A stretch of DNA of 64,000 nt from Trueperaceae bacterium (GCA_965215565.1 CBDCDZ010000004.1:2560001-2624000), one strand, 5' to 3'. Positions 46,424-55,635 are shown, counted from the first letter of the stretch. Numbers and translations: made by a program. The notes: generated by a model from the sequence alone, not told the origin.

Positions 46424-47080
46424 TTACTCCAGATGATTACGCAAGTTCTCGATAGACTCAGTTTCGCCGATCAGCACAACCCTGTCACTCGGACGGATTT
46501 CGAAGTCCGCCCGTGGGCTCACCTCTAACTTGCCGTCCCGGTTGACTGCGACGACTTGCACGCCGAAGCGGTTGGTGAGCTTGAGCTTGTCTAAGCGCCC
46601 GCAGAGCTTACTCTGCGCCTCGAACTCGATGACTTCATGGTCATCCCCTAAGTTAAAGGCGTCTACGATGCCCGGCGTGGCGAGCTGTTTGGCGAGGCGC
46701 ACGCCCATATCGTGCTCGGGGCGGATGACCTCATCTGCGCCGACTTGCGAAAGGACCTTCGCAGCCATATTGCTCGTCGCCTTGCTTACGACGCGCTTTG
46801 CGCCCTGGTTTTTCGCCGCGACGGTAGCTAAAATATTCGCTTCAAAGTTGTTGCCTATAGCGACGATGACCTGGTCAAAGGTGTCTAAACCGAGCTTCTT
46901 TAACGCCTCCTCGTCCGTCGCGTCTAAGATAGCGGCGTGCGTCACGCTGTTCATGATCGTCTCGATGGCGTCTTCTCGAGAGTCCACGACGACGACCTCA
47001 TGACCCAAATCGTAAAGTGTAGTGGCGAGCGCCGAGCCGAAGCGACCCGCGCCGATGACGAGAAACTGTTTAGCTTTCAT
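46424..47080 (-). CDS. ktrA: KtrA-type single-RCK K+ channel regulator
   Basis: GAGRFG, RCK-N plus RCK-C, and PE.DMG. Confidence 0.88.
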   Translation of the reverse strand: MKAKQFLVIGAGRFGSALATTLYDLGHEVVVVDSREDAIETIMNSVTHAAILDATDEEALKKLGLDTFDQVIVAIGNNFEANILATVAAKNQGAKRVVSKATSNMAAKVLSQVGADEVIRPEHDMGVRLAKQLATPGIVDAFNLGDDHEVIEFEAQSKLCGRLDKLKLTNRFGVQVVAVNRDGKLEVSPRADFEIRPSDRVVLIGETESIENLRNHLE

Positions 47081-47138
47081 GATTATAGATACCTCGAGAC
47101 CTTTCCTTACGCTTCATATCCAACCGAAGTATAAATTT

Positions 47139-47261
47139 TAGCAATGAGCAATAAGCAATGAGTTGAAAGTGAAAAGCTTTTGGGGTTCACTCACCGTTCG
47201 TTCCTTCGGAAGCTAAAGCCACCAGCTCGACTGGATTGCTCGTTGCTCGTTCCTCATTGCT
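47139..47261. repeat. Inverted heptamer array with nested inserts
   Basis: CTCA[CCGTTCGT{TCCTTCGGAAGCTAAAGCCA}CCAGCTCGACTGGA]TTGCT. Confidence 0.85.
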
Positions 47262-47266
47262 TCCTT

Positions 47267-48610
47267 CTAGCTAATCAACACCTCTTCCTCTGGATGCTTG
47301 ATGTCGCCTCCCCTGGGTTCTTGCACGATCGCAAGCGCGAACGTTAGAGGACCGACGCGCCCCAGATACATCAGCGCGATAACCACGAGCTGACCTATAA
47401 CGCTCAGCTCGCCCGTCGCGCCCATTGACAGCCCCACCGTGCCGAAAGCGGACATCGTCTCAAAGGCGAGCGGCAAAAGTTCGATACTTTCGGTGATGCT
47501 GAGCATAAAGAGCGCCGCGATGACGATACCGCTACTTAGCAAAACGACGGTGTCCGCTTTCATGGCGGTCTGCGTGCTGACGCGCCGTCCGAAAATAGTC
47601 AGCTCGCCGTAACCACGGACCATGCTCCAGGCACTCGCCGCGAGCACGAAGAACGTCGCCGTTTTGATGCCGCCCGCCGTCGAGCCCGGCGAGCCGCCGA
47701 TGAACATCAGCAGCATAGTGAAGATGAGCGTGGGGTTTTCCAGCGCGCCGATATCGACCGTGTTAAAGCCCGCCGTGCGCGGGGTGACGCCCTGGAAGAA
47801 CGCGCCCCAGAGTTTCGCGCCTAAGGGCAACTCGCCTAGCGTAGCGGGGTTGTTCCACTCGAGCGCTGCCACTACCCCAAAACCCAGCAAACAGAGCACC
47901 GCCGTCACGACCAAAACGATCTTGGTGTGCAGCGTCAGGCGGTTATGCCGCCTATTTCGCGCGTAGCCGATCAGGTTCACCTGCACGATAAAACCGAGCC
48001 CGCCCAAGATAAAAAGCCCAGTGATGACGATGTTCACAAGCGGATCGCCGACGAAGCGCGATAAGGAGTCGCCGTAAAACGCGAAGCCCGCGTTGTTCGA
48101 GGCGCTGATGCTGTGAAAGAGGGCGTAGAACGCGCCCGCGCCTGCGCCCTCCTCGGCGGCGAACGCGGGGTAGAGGAGCAGCGCACCGATGACCTCCACG
48201 CCCAGCGAGAGCAAGACGATATTGCGCACCAACTCCACCACGCCGCCCACCTGAAAGGCTTTGACCTGCTCCGCGACGCGCATCCTTTCGCCGAAGCCGA
48301 CGCGCCGCCCCAGCGCCAGCGCGAAGAGCGTGCCAAAGGTGATGAGCCCCAAACCGCCCAATTGAATCAAGATCATGATGACGCTCTGACCGAAGGGGCT
48401 CCAGGCGGTGCCCGTATCCACGACGATGAGCCCGGTGACGCAGAGCGCACTCGAGGCGGTAAAAAGCGCGTCCAGAAAGGTTAAATCTTCGCCCGGCGCG
48501 TGCGACCAGGGCAGCCACAAGAGGAGTGTGCCGATAAGCCCGGTGACGCCGAATGAAAGCGCGATGACCGTGGCGGGCGAGAGGGTTCTGCGGCGGGGAC
48601 GCCCGCTCAT
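47267..48610 (-). CDS. ktrB: KtrB-type K+ transporter membrane subunit
   Basis: Motifs CVTGL, NAGF, RTAGFN, GTVGLS and GR.GPLT. Confidence 0.9.
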   Translation of the reverse strand: MSGRPRRRTLSPATVIALSFGVTGLIGTLLLWLPWSHAPGEDLTFLDALFTASSALCVTGLIVVDTGTAWSPFGQSVIMILIQLGGLGLITFGTLFALALGRRVGFGERMRVAEQVKAFQVGGVVELVRNIVLLSLGVEVIGALLLYPAFAAEEGAGAGAFYALFHSISASNNAGFAFYGDSLSRFVGDPLVNIVITGLFILGGLGFIVQVNLIGYARNRRHNRLTLHTKIVLVVTAVLCLLGFGVVAALEWNNPATLGELPLGAKLWGAFFQGVTPRTAGFNTVDIGALENPTLIFTMLLMFIGGSPGSTAGGIKTATFFVLAASAWSMVRGYGELTIFGRRVSTQTAMKADTVVLLSSGIVIAALFMLSITESIELLPLAFETMSAFGTVGLSMGATGELSVIGQLVVIALMYLGRVGPLTFALAIVQEPRGGDIKHPEEEVLIS

Positions 48611-48875
48611 AGGAGGGTCCGTTTGGTGATGTAATTCAGATAGAGGCGCAGCACAGCACGTAGCTTATCACCTAACGGCTCAGAGGCGTTTACGTGGTTG
48701 GTAGCTCGAGCGTCGTTTCGGTATGACGCATCCCTCACCAAGCGGTCACCTAGGGCCAACTGTAAGAGTTTCGTAGTGCAAGTAACGAGCAAGAGCGCTA
48801 CGAACCTCTTCATCATTCTTTACAGGTGGCGCTTGTAACCCGGCGGGACCTCGCAGAATCGTGTATGCTTAGCCC

Positions 48876-50225
48876 ATGAATGTCGTGCTCGTTGGTGGCG
48901 GTGAAATCGGCTCGCAGGTGGCGGAGGCGCTGCAACACGCGCATAGCGTCACGGTGATTGACACGGACGCGGAGCGCTCGAGCGCCTTCGAAACGATCGA
49001 CGTGCGCTTTATCCAGGGTAACGGCGCAGACCCCAATGATCTGCGCGCTGCGGGCGCGGACAAGGCGGACGCCTTTATCGCCTGCACTATCAATGATGAC
49101 ATCAACGTGCTCGCGTGCTTAGCCGCGAAGGGTCTAGGCGCAAAGGAGACGATGGCGTTCGTGACGCGCAAGCGTTACGTCGAGGCGTTCGCCGAGTCGG
49201 GCATGATGGAGGGCGTCGGGCTGATGATTGACAGGATGCTCTGGCCGCAGCGCATCTTGGCGAACCAGATCGCGGACATCGTGCAGGTGCCGCGCGCAGT
49301 GGACAGCACCTTTTTTGCGGGCAAGAAGATTCAGCTTTTGGAGTACAAACTAGAAGAGGGCGACCCCTTTACAGGTAAGCCCTTGAGCGACCTCACGCTA
49401 CCTAAAAGTGCACTCATCGTCGGCTCGATTCGCGGTGAGTCCTTTATCATCCCCTCGGGTAAGACGGTGCTCTGCCCCGGCGATAAGGCTGTCTTTATGG
49501 GAACCGTACCGAGCATGAAAGAGGTGGAGGCGCGCTTTGCGCCGCGCAAACGTCGCCCGAATGTGACCATTGTCGGCGGCGGCAACGTTGGTTTTATGGT
49601 GGCGGAAAAGCTCCAGGAGAGCCAAGCCCGCATCACCGTCATCGAAATGGACGAAAAACGCAGCGAGGATTTGGCGCGGTTTCTGCCCAAAGTGCTCGTG
49701 CTGCGCGGCGACGGCACCGACTTAGAGCTTTTAGAGCAGGAACGCGTCGAAGACGCCGACGTGCTCGTCGCGGTCACGAACGACGACAGCAAAAACCTGC
49801 TCACCTCGCTCTTGGGCAAGCAGTTGGGCATCCCTAAAGTCATCACGCGCGTCGCCAGGGCGCGCAACCGCCGCCTTTTCGAGCGCGTCGGCATCGACAC
49901 CTCTTTAGCGCCGCGCACTGCCGCCGTGCAGGAAGTCTTGAACTGGTTAGAAGCAGACGCCGTCGACCACTTAGCCAGCATCGAGGACCGCGCCGAAGTG
50001 ATGGAGGTCTCGTATCCGTACCAGTGCGAAACCGGGCGCATCCGCGATTTGGGCGCGCCGCCTGACAGCCTCATCGGGGCGGTGCTGCGCAAGAACGACG
50101 TGTTCATCCCCGACGGCGAGACCAAGATTCAGCACGGCGACCACCTCTTTATCGTCACCACGCCCGACAACGTGAACGCGGTGCACGACTGGCTGGAGGC
50201 GAAGCGCTTAGCCGAGGCACGGTAG
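48876..50225 (+). CDS. trkA: TrkA double-RCK regulator
   Basis: Two GxGxxG RCK modules; TATGCT-N6-ATG. Confidence 0.9.
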   Translation: MNVVLVGGGEIGSQVAEALQHAHSVTVIDTDAERSSAFETIDVRFIQGNGADPNDLRAAGADKADAFIACTINDDINVLACLAAKGLGAKETMAFVTRKRYVEAFAESGMMEGVGLMIDRMLWPQRILANQIADIVQVPRAVDSTFFAGKKIQLLEYKLEEGDPFTGKPLSDLTLPKSALIVGSIRGESFIIPSGKTVLCPGDKAVFMGTVPSMKEVEARFAPRKRRPNVTIVGGGNVGFMVAEKLQESQARITVIEMDEKRSEDLARFLPKVLVLRGDGTDLELLEQERVEDADVLVAVTNDDSKNLLTSLLGKQLGIPKVITRVARARNRRLFERVGIDTSLAPRTAAVQEVLNWLEADAVDHLASIEDRAEVMEVSYPYQCETGRIRDLGAPPDSLIGAVLRKNDVFIPDGETKIQHGDHLFIVTTPDNVNAVHDWLEAKRLAEAR

Positions 50226-50240
50226 GGATTACACTAAGTT

Positions 50241-51230
50241 ATGGCTCAACCCGCCTGGCTCCACCTCTTCGAGCGCACCTTTCCGAGCGCCAACATGGTT
50301 TTAGTAAGAGGCGAGACCCCCGTGCTCATCGACACGGGTTTCGGCAGCGACGCCGCGAGGACGCGGGCGCTGCTCTACAGCGCGGGCGTGCCGGCTGAAC
50401 GCCTAGCGCTGATTGTAAACACGCACTATTACAGCGACCACGCGGGCGGTAACTTCGACTTGCAGTCGCGTTACAGCCTGCCCATCGCCGCGCACCGCTG
50501 GGAAGCAGGCGTCGTGAACAGCCGTAACAAGGAGGCGTGCGGCGCGAGGTGGCTGCGTCAACCTGTTGAACCTTACACGGTGAACCGGCTTCTCACCGAT
50601 GGCGACGAGATTTCAGCGGGCGGCGTGATGTTGCGCGTACTGCACACGCCAGGACATACGCTTGGGCATATTTCGCTCTTCGAAGAGCGCGAAAAGGTCC
50701 TGATCTGCGGCGACGCGGTGCACGGCGACGACGTGGCGTGGCTCAACCCCTTTCGGGAGGGCGTCGGCGCGATTGAGCGGGCGATGGACTCTCTAGAGCG
50801 GCTTTTGCGGTTGCGCGCGCGCTGGGCGTGCTCGGGGCACGGCGCGCCGATGACGGACCCCAGCGCGGCGCTCAAGGTGGCGCTGCGGCGCTACGAGCGG
50901 TGGTTGAGCGAGCCCGAGCGCGTTGCCTGGCACGGCATGAAGCGCATCTTCGCTTACGCGCTCATGCTCAGCGGCGGACTTTTAGAGGACGAGGTGGCGG
51001 CGTATCTGGGCTCGAGCCCCTGGTTTAGAGACTACAGCGCGCACGTGTTCGAGTTAGCGCCCGAAGACCTCGTTGCGCCGTTTTTAGAGGAGATACAGCG
51101 TTCCGGGGCGGCGTCCTGGCACGAGGAGGGTGGGAGCCGCCGCTTGGTAGCGCAAGCGCCACATAACGTTGCGTCAGATTGGTGGCCCAAGCACACCCGC
51201 CCCGCCGCCTGGCCCAAAGTGGCCCCTTGA
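50241..51230 (+). CDS. MBL-fold metallo-hydrolase
   Basis: Motifs IDTG, TH-YY-SDH, PGHT.GH, GD and GHG. Confidence 0.85.
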   Translation: MAQPAWLHLFERTFPSANMVLVRGETPVLIDTGFGSDAARTRALLYSAGVPAERLALIVNTHYYSDHAGGNFDLQSRYSLPIAAHRWEAGVVNSRNKEACGARWLRQPVEPYTVNRLLTDGDEISAGGVMLRVLHTPGHTLGHISLFEEREKVLICGDAVHGDDVAWLNPFREGVGAIERAMDSLERLLRLRARWACSGHGAPMTDPSAALKVALRRYERWLSEPERVAWHGMKRIFAYALMLSGGLLEDEVAAYLGSSPWFRDYSAHVFELAPEDLVAPFLEEIQRSGAASWHEEGGSRRLVAQAPHNVASDWWPKHTRPAAWPKVAP

Positions 51231-51361
51231 ATGTAGCTAAGAACCGTCTGACCATGAACGCACCTAGAACGAGCGTGAAAAACTTCATAAAACCTTAAAA
51301 TAAGCAGGGATACCCCTCCATCCTTACGCCCTTTTCACCTCGGCGCGGTATAAGCTAGAGC

Positions 51362-52174
51362 ATGACGCGCACGCTCGAGATGATGTGGAACAGCGTCGTC
51401 TCCTTTTTCTCCAACCTCTGGAACACGCTGCTGCCCACCTTGCAGTCTTTCTTGCAGGGCCTGGACCCGCTGATGTGGGGCATCATCGCCGCCGGGCTCC
51501 TCATCCTTTTGCTCCTCCTGATGCTTCTGCGCGGACGCCGCCCCGAGGAGAGCGCCCCGAGCAAACCCGAGCTGCTCGTGTCGCTGGGCGAAATTCGCGT
51601 GCTCGACGACTACGTCGACAAAAGCGGGGAGGATAACCGAGGCGGGCTCATGCGCCCCGTGAGCCACGCGCTGCGCATGACGGTCAGCAACCTCAACACC
51701 TACCCCGTGCAGCTTTTAGAAGTCGCCCTGAAAACGCCCGAGATGGACGCGCCCATCACCCTCGAGACCGCGCAGATCGTCGCGCCCGAAGCCTCGGTCA
51801 TGCTCAAGGAGAAGCTGCCGCAGTTCAGCGGCGAAGAGGGCAAGCTCACCCTGTACTTCTACCTTTCGGGTAGCGGCAAGCGCTACGTCTCGCTGAGCGC
51901 GAACTTCGAGTTCGAGCCCTGGGACGCCCGCTACAAAGTCTCGCCGCTTGGTCAGACGCTTACCCCTTTCCGGCAGCTCGCGAGCGCTCACGTCAGCAGA
52001 CTGCGCGAGCGCTCCTGGCAGGAGCGGCAGGCGCAAGAGGCGCAGCGCGAGCGCCGCGAAAAGGTAGCCGCGTTTGCAACTCGTGACGGCTGGCAAGAGG
52101 AACGCTCTGCAGAGCGCGCGGACCCGGAGCGGGAACGCCCCGCGAACGGCTTTAACTTTCCTGATGAATTCTAA
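51362..52174 (+). CDS. Hypothetical membrane-anchored protein
   Basis: Single TM, with codon usage like neighbouring core genes; TAAGCT-N5-ATG. Confidence 0.65.
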   Translation: MTRTLEMMWNSVVSFFSNLWNTLLPTLQSFLQGLDPLMWGIIAAGLLILLLLLMLLRGRRPEESAPSKPELLVSLGEIRVLDDYVDKSGEDNRGGLMRPVSHALRMTVSNLNTYPVQLLEVALKTPEMDAPITLETAQIVAPEASVMLKEKLPQFSGEEGKLTLYFYLSGSGKRYVSLSANFEFEPWDARYKVSPLGQTLTPFRQLASAHVSRLRERSWQERQAQEAQRERREKVAAFATRDGWQEERSAERADPERERPANGFNFPDEF

Positions 52175-52333
52175 TAGCAGGTTAAGGGCGTCTGTTACCC
52201 TCTGCCTATAGTGCTCTTTGAGAGACTGTTCAAGGGCGCGGCGGTAGAGTTCGCTACGGGAGATGCCCAAATCTTTAGCAACCTCTTCCGCCTCTTCGAA
52301 GGTTGTCTCGGGAATAGAAATCGCTGTTTTTAT
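52175..52333 (-). pseudogene. RHH/CopG (MazE/ChpI-like) antitoxin remnant
   Basis: Manual translation (ATA)KTAISIPETTFEEAEEVAKDLGISRSELYRRAL...TDALN. The start is ATA, the 3' end is lost, and there is no toxin gene. Confidence 0.7.
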
Positions 52334-52339
52334 ACCTTA

Positions 52340-52450
52340 TAGCAGGTATCATCTGGTTTGAGCCAATCTCACTAGGTAAAACGTCGCGTAGCACGCACTT
52401 TAGGAGATGATATCTGCGTGATTCAAGCTCAGTACTTCTGATAACCGTTA
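52340..52450 (+). mobile_element. MITE-like element copy 11 (no insert)
   Basis: 111 bp, TAGCAGGTATCATCTGG...AACCGTTA. Confidence 0.8.
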
Positions 52451-52605
52451 TAGTTAAAGCGCACACTGAGACTAATAAGCGCAGATTTCACAGCTACTGT
52501 AACGGAACCTCATCCTTAAAGATGGCGCGTTAAGCGATTGTTTTTACAGTAAGCGCGTTTGTGACCAGCTCCGAACGTCAGTAGGACAGACTTTGATACC
52601 TGCTG
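52451..52605 (-). mobile_element. MITE-like element copy 12 (two inserts), tail-to-tail with copy 11
   Basis: Reverse complement CAGCAGGTATCA[~25 nt]CTGGTC...GATGA[GGTTCCGTTACAGTAGCTGTGA]AATCTGCG...TCTCAGT. Confidence 0.72.
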
Positions 52606-52625
52606 TGAGCCGCTATACTACCCTC

Positions 52626-53186
52626 ATGGGTGAAGCCGTCCTCAAGCTCCAACCTCTCTCCGAAGAGGCGTACCTCAGCCACGAACTTCACAGTGCGCTC
52701 AAGCATGAATATGTAGACGGGCAAATCTACGCCCTTGCAGGCGCAGCCGACCGGCACAACCTCGTCAGTATGAATGTCGCGGGCTACCTGTGGGGAGCGA
52801 GTCGCGGCGGTCCTTGCCGTGTCTACTCGAGCGACATGAAAGTGCGCGTTCAAACCGACCTCACGAACCGCTTCTACTATCCTGACGTGATGGTCACCTG
52901 TGACCCCAATGACACCGAGGATTACTTCAAAGTTTCGCCCTGCCTTATCGCCGAGGTGCTTTCGCCGAGCACCCAGGGCACCGACCGGCGCGAAAAGCTC
53001 TTCGCGTATCAGCGCATCCCTAGCCTAGACTACTACCTCATCGTCGAGCCGAATGAGCGTTTTGTCGAGCTGTACCGCCGTGACGAACGAGGTTGGTGGT
53101 ATCACGAATTTCGCGGTGACGGCGTTTTGAAGTTGGGGTGTCCTAAGCTCGAGCTGAGCCTAGAACAAATCTACGAAGGGCTCTAA
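52626..53186 (+). CDS. Uma2 family PD-(D/E)XK endonuclease, copy 1
   Basis: Motifs EYVDG...AG...H, YPD, EVLSPST...DR.EK..Y; TATACT-N6-ATG. Confidence 0.92.
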   Translation: MGEAVLKLQPLSEEAYLSHELHSALKHEYVDGQIYALAGAADRHNLVSMNVAGYLWGASRGGPCRVYSSDMKVRVQTDLTNRFYYPDVMVTCDPNDTEDYFKVSPCLIAEVLSPSTQGTDRREKLFAYQRIPSLDYYLIVEPNERFVELYRRDERGWWYHEFRGDGVLKLGCPKLELSLEQIYEGL

Positions 53187-53224
53187 GGTCATGAGGCGAA
53201 CCACAGCAGGTATATACTACCGTC

Positions 53225-53785
53225 ATGGGTGAAGCTGTCCTCAAGCTCCAACCTCTTTCTGAAGAGGCGTACCTCAGCCACGAACTTCACAGTGCGCTCA
53301 AGCACGAATATGTGGATGGACAAATTTACGCCCTCGCAGGCGCAGCCGACCGGCACAACCGTATCTCAGGCAATATCTTCTTTCGGTTGCGCGGCGCTGC
53401 GGGCGTTGAGCCTTGCCGCGTTTACATGAGTGACATGAAAGTTCGCATCCAAACCGACCTCACCAGCCGCTTCTATTACCCCGATGTGATGGTCACGTGC
53501 GACTCAGAAGATATAGAAGACTTCTTCAAAACTTCGCCTTGCCTCATCGCGGAGGTGCTTTCGCCGAGTACTCAAGGCACAGACAGGCGCGAAAAGCTCT
53601 TCGCGTATCAGAGCGTTCCTAGCCTGGACTACTACCTTATTGTAGACCCAGATGAGCGCTTTGTTGAATTATATCGGCGTGACGAAAGGGGCTGGTGGTA
53701 TCACGAGTTTCGTGAGGATGGCGTTTTGAAGTTGGGGTGTCCTAAGCTCGAGCTATCTTTAGAACAAATCTACGAAGGGCTTTAG
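53225..53785 (+). CDS. Uma2 family endonuclease, copy 2
   Basis: Same length and motifs as copy 1, with the same leaderless promoter. Confidence 0.92.
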   Translation: MGEAVLKLQPLSEEAYLSHELHSALKHEYVDGQIYALAGAADRHNRISGNIFFRLRGAAGVEPCRVYMSDMKVRIQTDLTSRFYYPDVMVTCDSEDIEDFFKTSPCLIAEVLSPSTQGTDRREKLFAYQSVPSLDYYLIVDPDERFVELYRRDERGWWYHEFREDGVLKLGCPKLELSLEQIYEGL

Positions 53786-54088
53786 ATGGCAACCAAACTC
53801 ACCTATCCGTATATAAGCACCAACCCCGAGATTGCCGACGGTGCACCGCTCATTGGAGGCACGCGCGTCACGGTTCGCACGGTGGCGGGCTACTATCAGA
53901 TGGGTATGACGCCCGACGAGATTCTCTTGTCGCTCCCTCACCTCACGCTCTCCCAGGTTCATTCCGCTCTGGCGTACTACTTTGACCATCAGCAAGAGGT
54001 GGATGAGGGTTTGAGGGCGGCGAGTGATGAGGAATACTGGAAGGGGCGAGTTAAAAGGCATCCTAAGTCAACGTCCGCCGACTTTTGA
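53786..54088 (+). CDS. DUF433 antitoxin-like HTH protein
   Basis: G.P.I.GTR..V..V......G.T.DEI....P.L....V..ALAYY. Confidence 0.9.
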   Translation: MATKLTYPYISTNPEIADGAPLIGGTRVTVRTVAGYYQMGMTPDEILLSLPHLTLSQVHSALAYYFDHQQEVDEGLRAASDEEYWKGRVKRHPKSTSADF

Positions 54089-54423
54089 ACGTCAAACTTC
54101 TTTCAGATGAGGACGTTCACGCCAGCTTAGCTGAAGCGTTGCGTAAACGTGGTTACGACGCAGTTCATTTGCAAGAGCTAGACCGTAAAGGATTGTCGGA
54201 CGCCGAGCAGCTTGCCTACGCTGCAGCGCAAGAGCGCTGCTTTATCAGCTTCAACATTAAAGACTTCGTACTTCTGCATAACCTTTACGTAACTGAGGAA
54301 AAGGAGCACTGGGGCATCTTAGTTTCTAAACAGCGTCCTGTTGGAGAGGTGCTGCGCCGCCTTCTCGCTCTTCTGCAGCCGCTCTCCGGTGAAAACACGG
54401 AAAACCATTTGGAGTTTTTGTAG
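54085..54423 (+). CDS. DUF5615 PIN-like (VapC45-type) toxin
   Basis: Motifs DE.V, D.EQL.YA....R...S.N..DF and H.GI; 4-nt overlap with DUF433. Confidence 0.85.
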   Translation: MNVKLLSDEDVHASLAEALRKRGYDAVHLQELDRKGLSDAEQLAYAAAQERCFISFNIKDFVLLHNLYVTEEKEHWGILVSKQRPVGEVLRRLLALLQPLSGENTENHLEFL

Positions 54424-54426
54424 AGG

Positions 54427-54465
54427 CTCGAGCTGAGCCTAGCGCAAATCTACGAAGGGCTCTGA
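54427..54465 (+). repeat. Third copy of the Uma2 3' end (39-bp direct repeat)
   Basis: CTCGAGCTGAGCCTAGCGCAAATCTACGAAGGGCTCTGA, matching 53148-53186 and 53747-53785. Confidence 0.88.
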
Positions 54466-54550
54466 TTAGCTGACCTAAAACACTACGCAGCTTGAGCCCG
54501 TTGATCTTTTAAGCCACTTGATCCATAATGCCGATCTTGGAGGTCTCAAG

Positions 54551-54847
54551 ATGGCTGATTTAACAGCAGTGGTTTACGAAGACGAGGGCGTGGTTTCTTG
54601 GGTCGAAGTCTACACGAGCGAAGAAGCGGCATATCAAGAGGTCATCATATATGTGCTGAGTCAGCTCGAGAAAGGATTTTATGTAGATTGGCGCAAAGAA
54701 TTAGAGGGGCGAACGCAGCATCCCGAGGATTTCCTCGACTACTTCAATGAAGTACAGCACATGGCAGACAAGTTCAGTTTTATCCACATAGAACCCGTAC
54801 GAAACAATCCTTTTGAGTCTACTAAAAGTAATGAAGAGGTTGGCTGA
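54551..54847 (+). CDS. Acidic hypothetical protein
   Basis: SD GGAGG before ATG 54551; 98 aa. Confidence 0.55.
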   Translation: MADLTAVVYEDEGVVSWVEVYTSEEAAYQEVIIYVLSQLEKGFYVDWRKELEGRTQHPEDFLDYFNEVQHMADKFSFIHIEPVRNNPFESTKSNEEVG

Positions 54848-54867
54848 GCGTCTTAGAAGCTCAAATG

Positions 54868-55635
54868 TTAATTTTTTACGTAGTGACCTCTCGAGAGAAA
54901 CGAGATATATCCCTTGTCCCGCAAAAACTGTAACTGCTGCCGAATCTTATCGCGGACGAAATTATTCTCAGGGTGAAGGGCTTGCAAATGCTCCTCGAAA
55001 GCGTAGACTTCTTCAAGTCGAAACTCTTTGTGAGGAATTTTCTCGAGACAGTCTAGTACATCTAGTAACCAACCTCTACTCTTCTGCGTTGCCTGTCTCA
55101 AAAAGGCTGTCTTTTGCCACTGGCTCAAAACATCTGCTTTAACTGCAACGTCCCGGTCCTTAATGTAGAAAATCCTGCCGCTCTCAGGAATAGCTTCAAT
55201 GACGATGTTGCAACCTTCCCAGCCTGCCCTTTTTGCGGTAAGAGGTAGCGGGTTTCTTTTTTCGATAATTCTCGAGGTGAAAAAGTGCTTGGGAATGATG
55301 AGGAAGTTTTTTACGTCGTAGCGCTGCATGTCGTAGGTCAGGAAGAAGAAGTTGGGGTTATCGTCCGAAGAGATGCGTTCAATCATGGACGCATATGCGC
55401 CATCTACGATTTTCTTGCCGGGGTTGCCCTTTTTGCTCTTTAGCTCGAACTGTTCCGCGCAACGAGCACAATAAAAATCTGCAACGGGGCGGTTGTTCGC
55501 GAAGTCGTTCAGATAGTCCTGTCCGCAGTTGGGACAATACGCATTACTCTGCACCCAAGCCTCGGTTAGCACTCGAGCAATCTGAGCTTTGCTTTTATAT
55601 CCTTCGGCTTTTCGCAAATCGAGTTGTAGCTTCAC
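54868..55635 (-). CDS. DpnI / Dam-replacing (Drp) family methyl-directed endonuclease
   Basis: Motifs YKS..Q.ARVLTE.W, CPNC, NN.PVADF.C..C..ELKSK, DGAY..M, RAGW.GC, and a winged helix with KIRQQLQ.LRD.G. Confidence 0.9.
   Translation of the reverse strand: MKLQLDLRKAEGYKSKAQIARVLTEAWVQSNAYCPNCGQDYLNDFANNRPVADFYCARCAEQFELKSKKGNPGKKIVDGAYASMIERISSDDNPNFFFLTYDMQRYDVKNFLIIPKHFFTSRIIEKRNPLPLTAKRAGWEGCNIVIEAIPESGRIFYIKDRDVAVKADVLSQWQKTAFLRQATQKSRGWLLDVLDCLEKIPHKEFRLEEVYAFEEHLQALHPENNFVRDKIRQQLQFLRDKGYISFLSRGHYVKN

Noticed and set aside
49331..50125. Long antisense ORFs (also 2199-2813, 32866-33420, 47952-48518)
   Set aside because: They are shadow frames of well-supported genes in GC-rich DNA.
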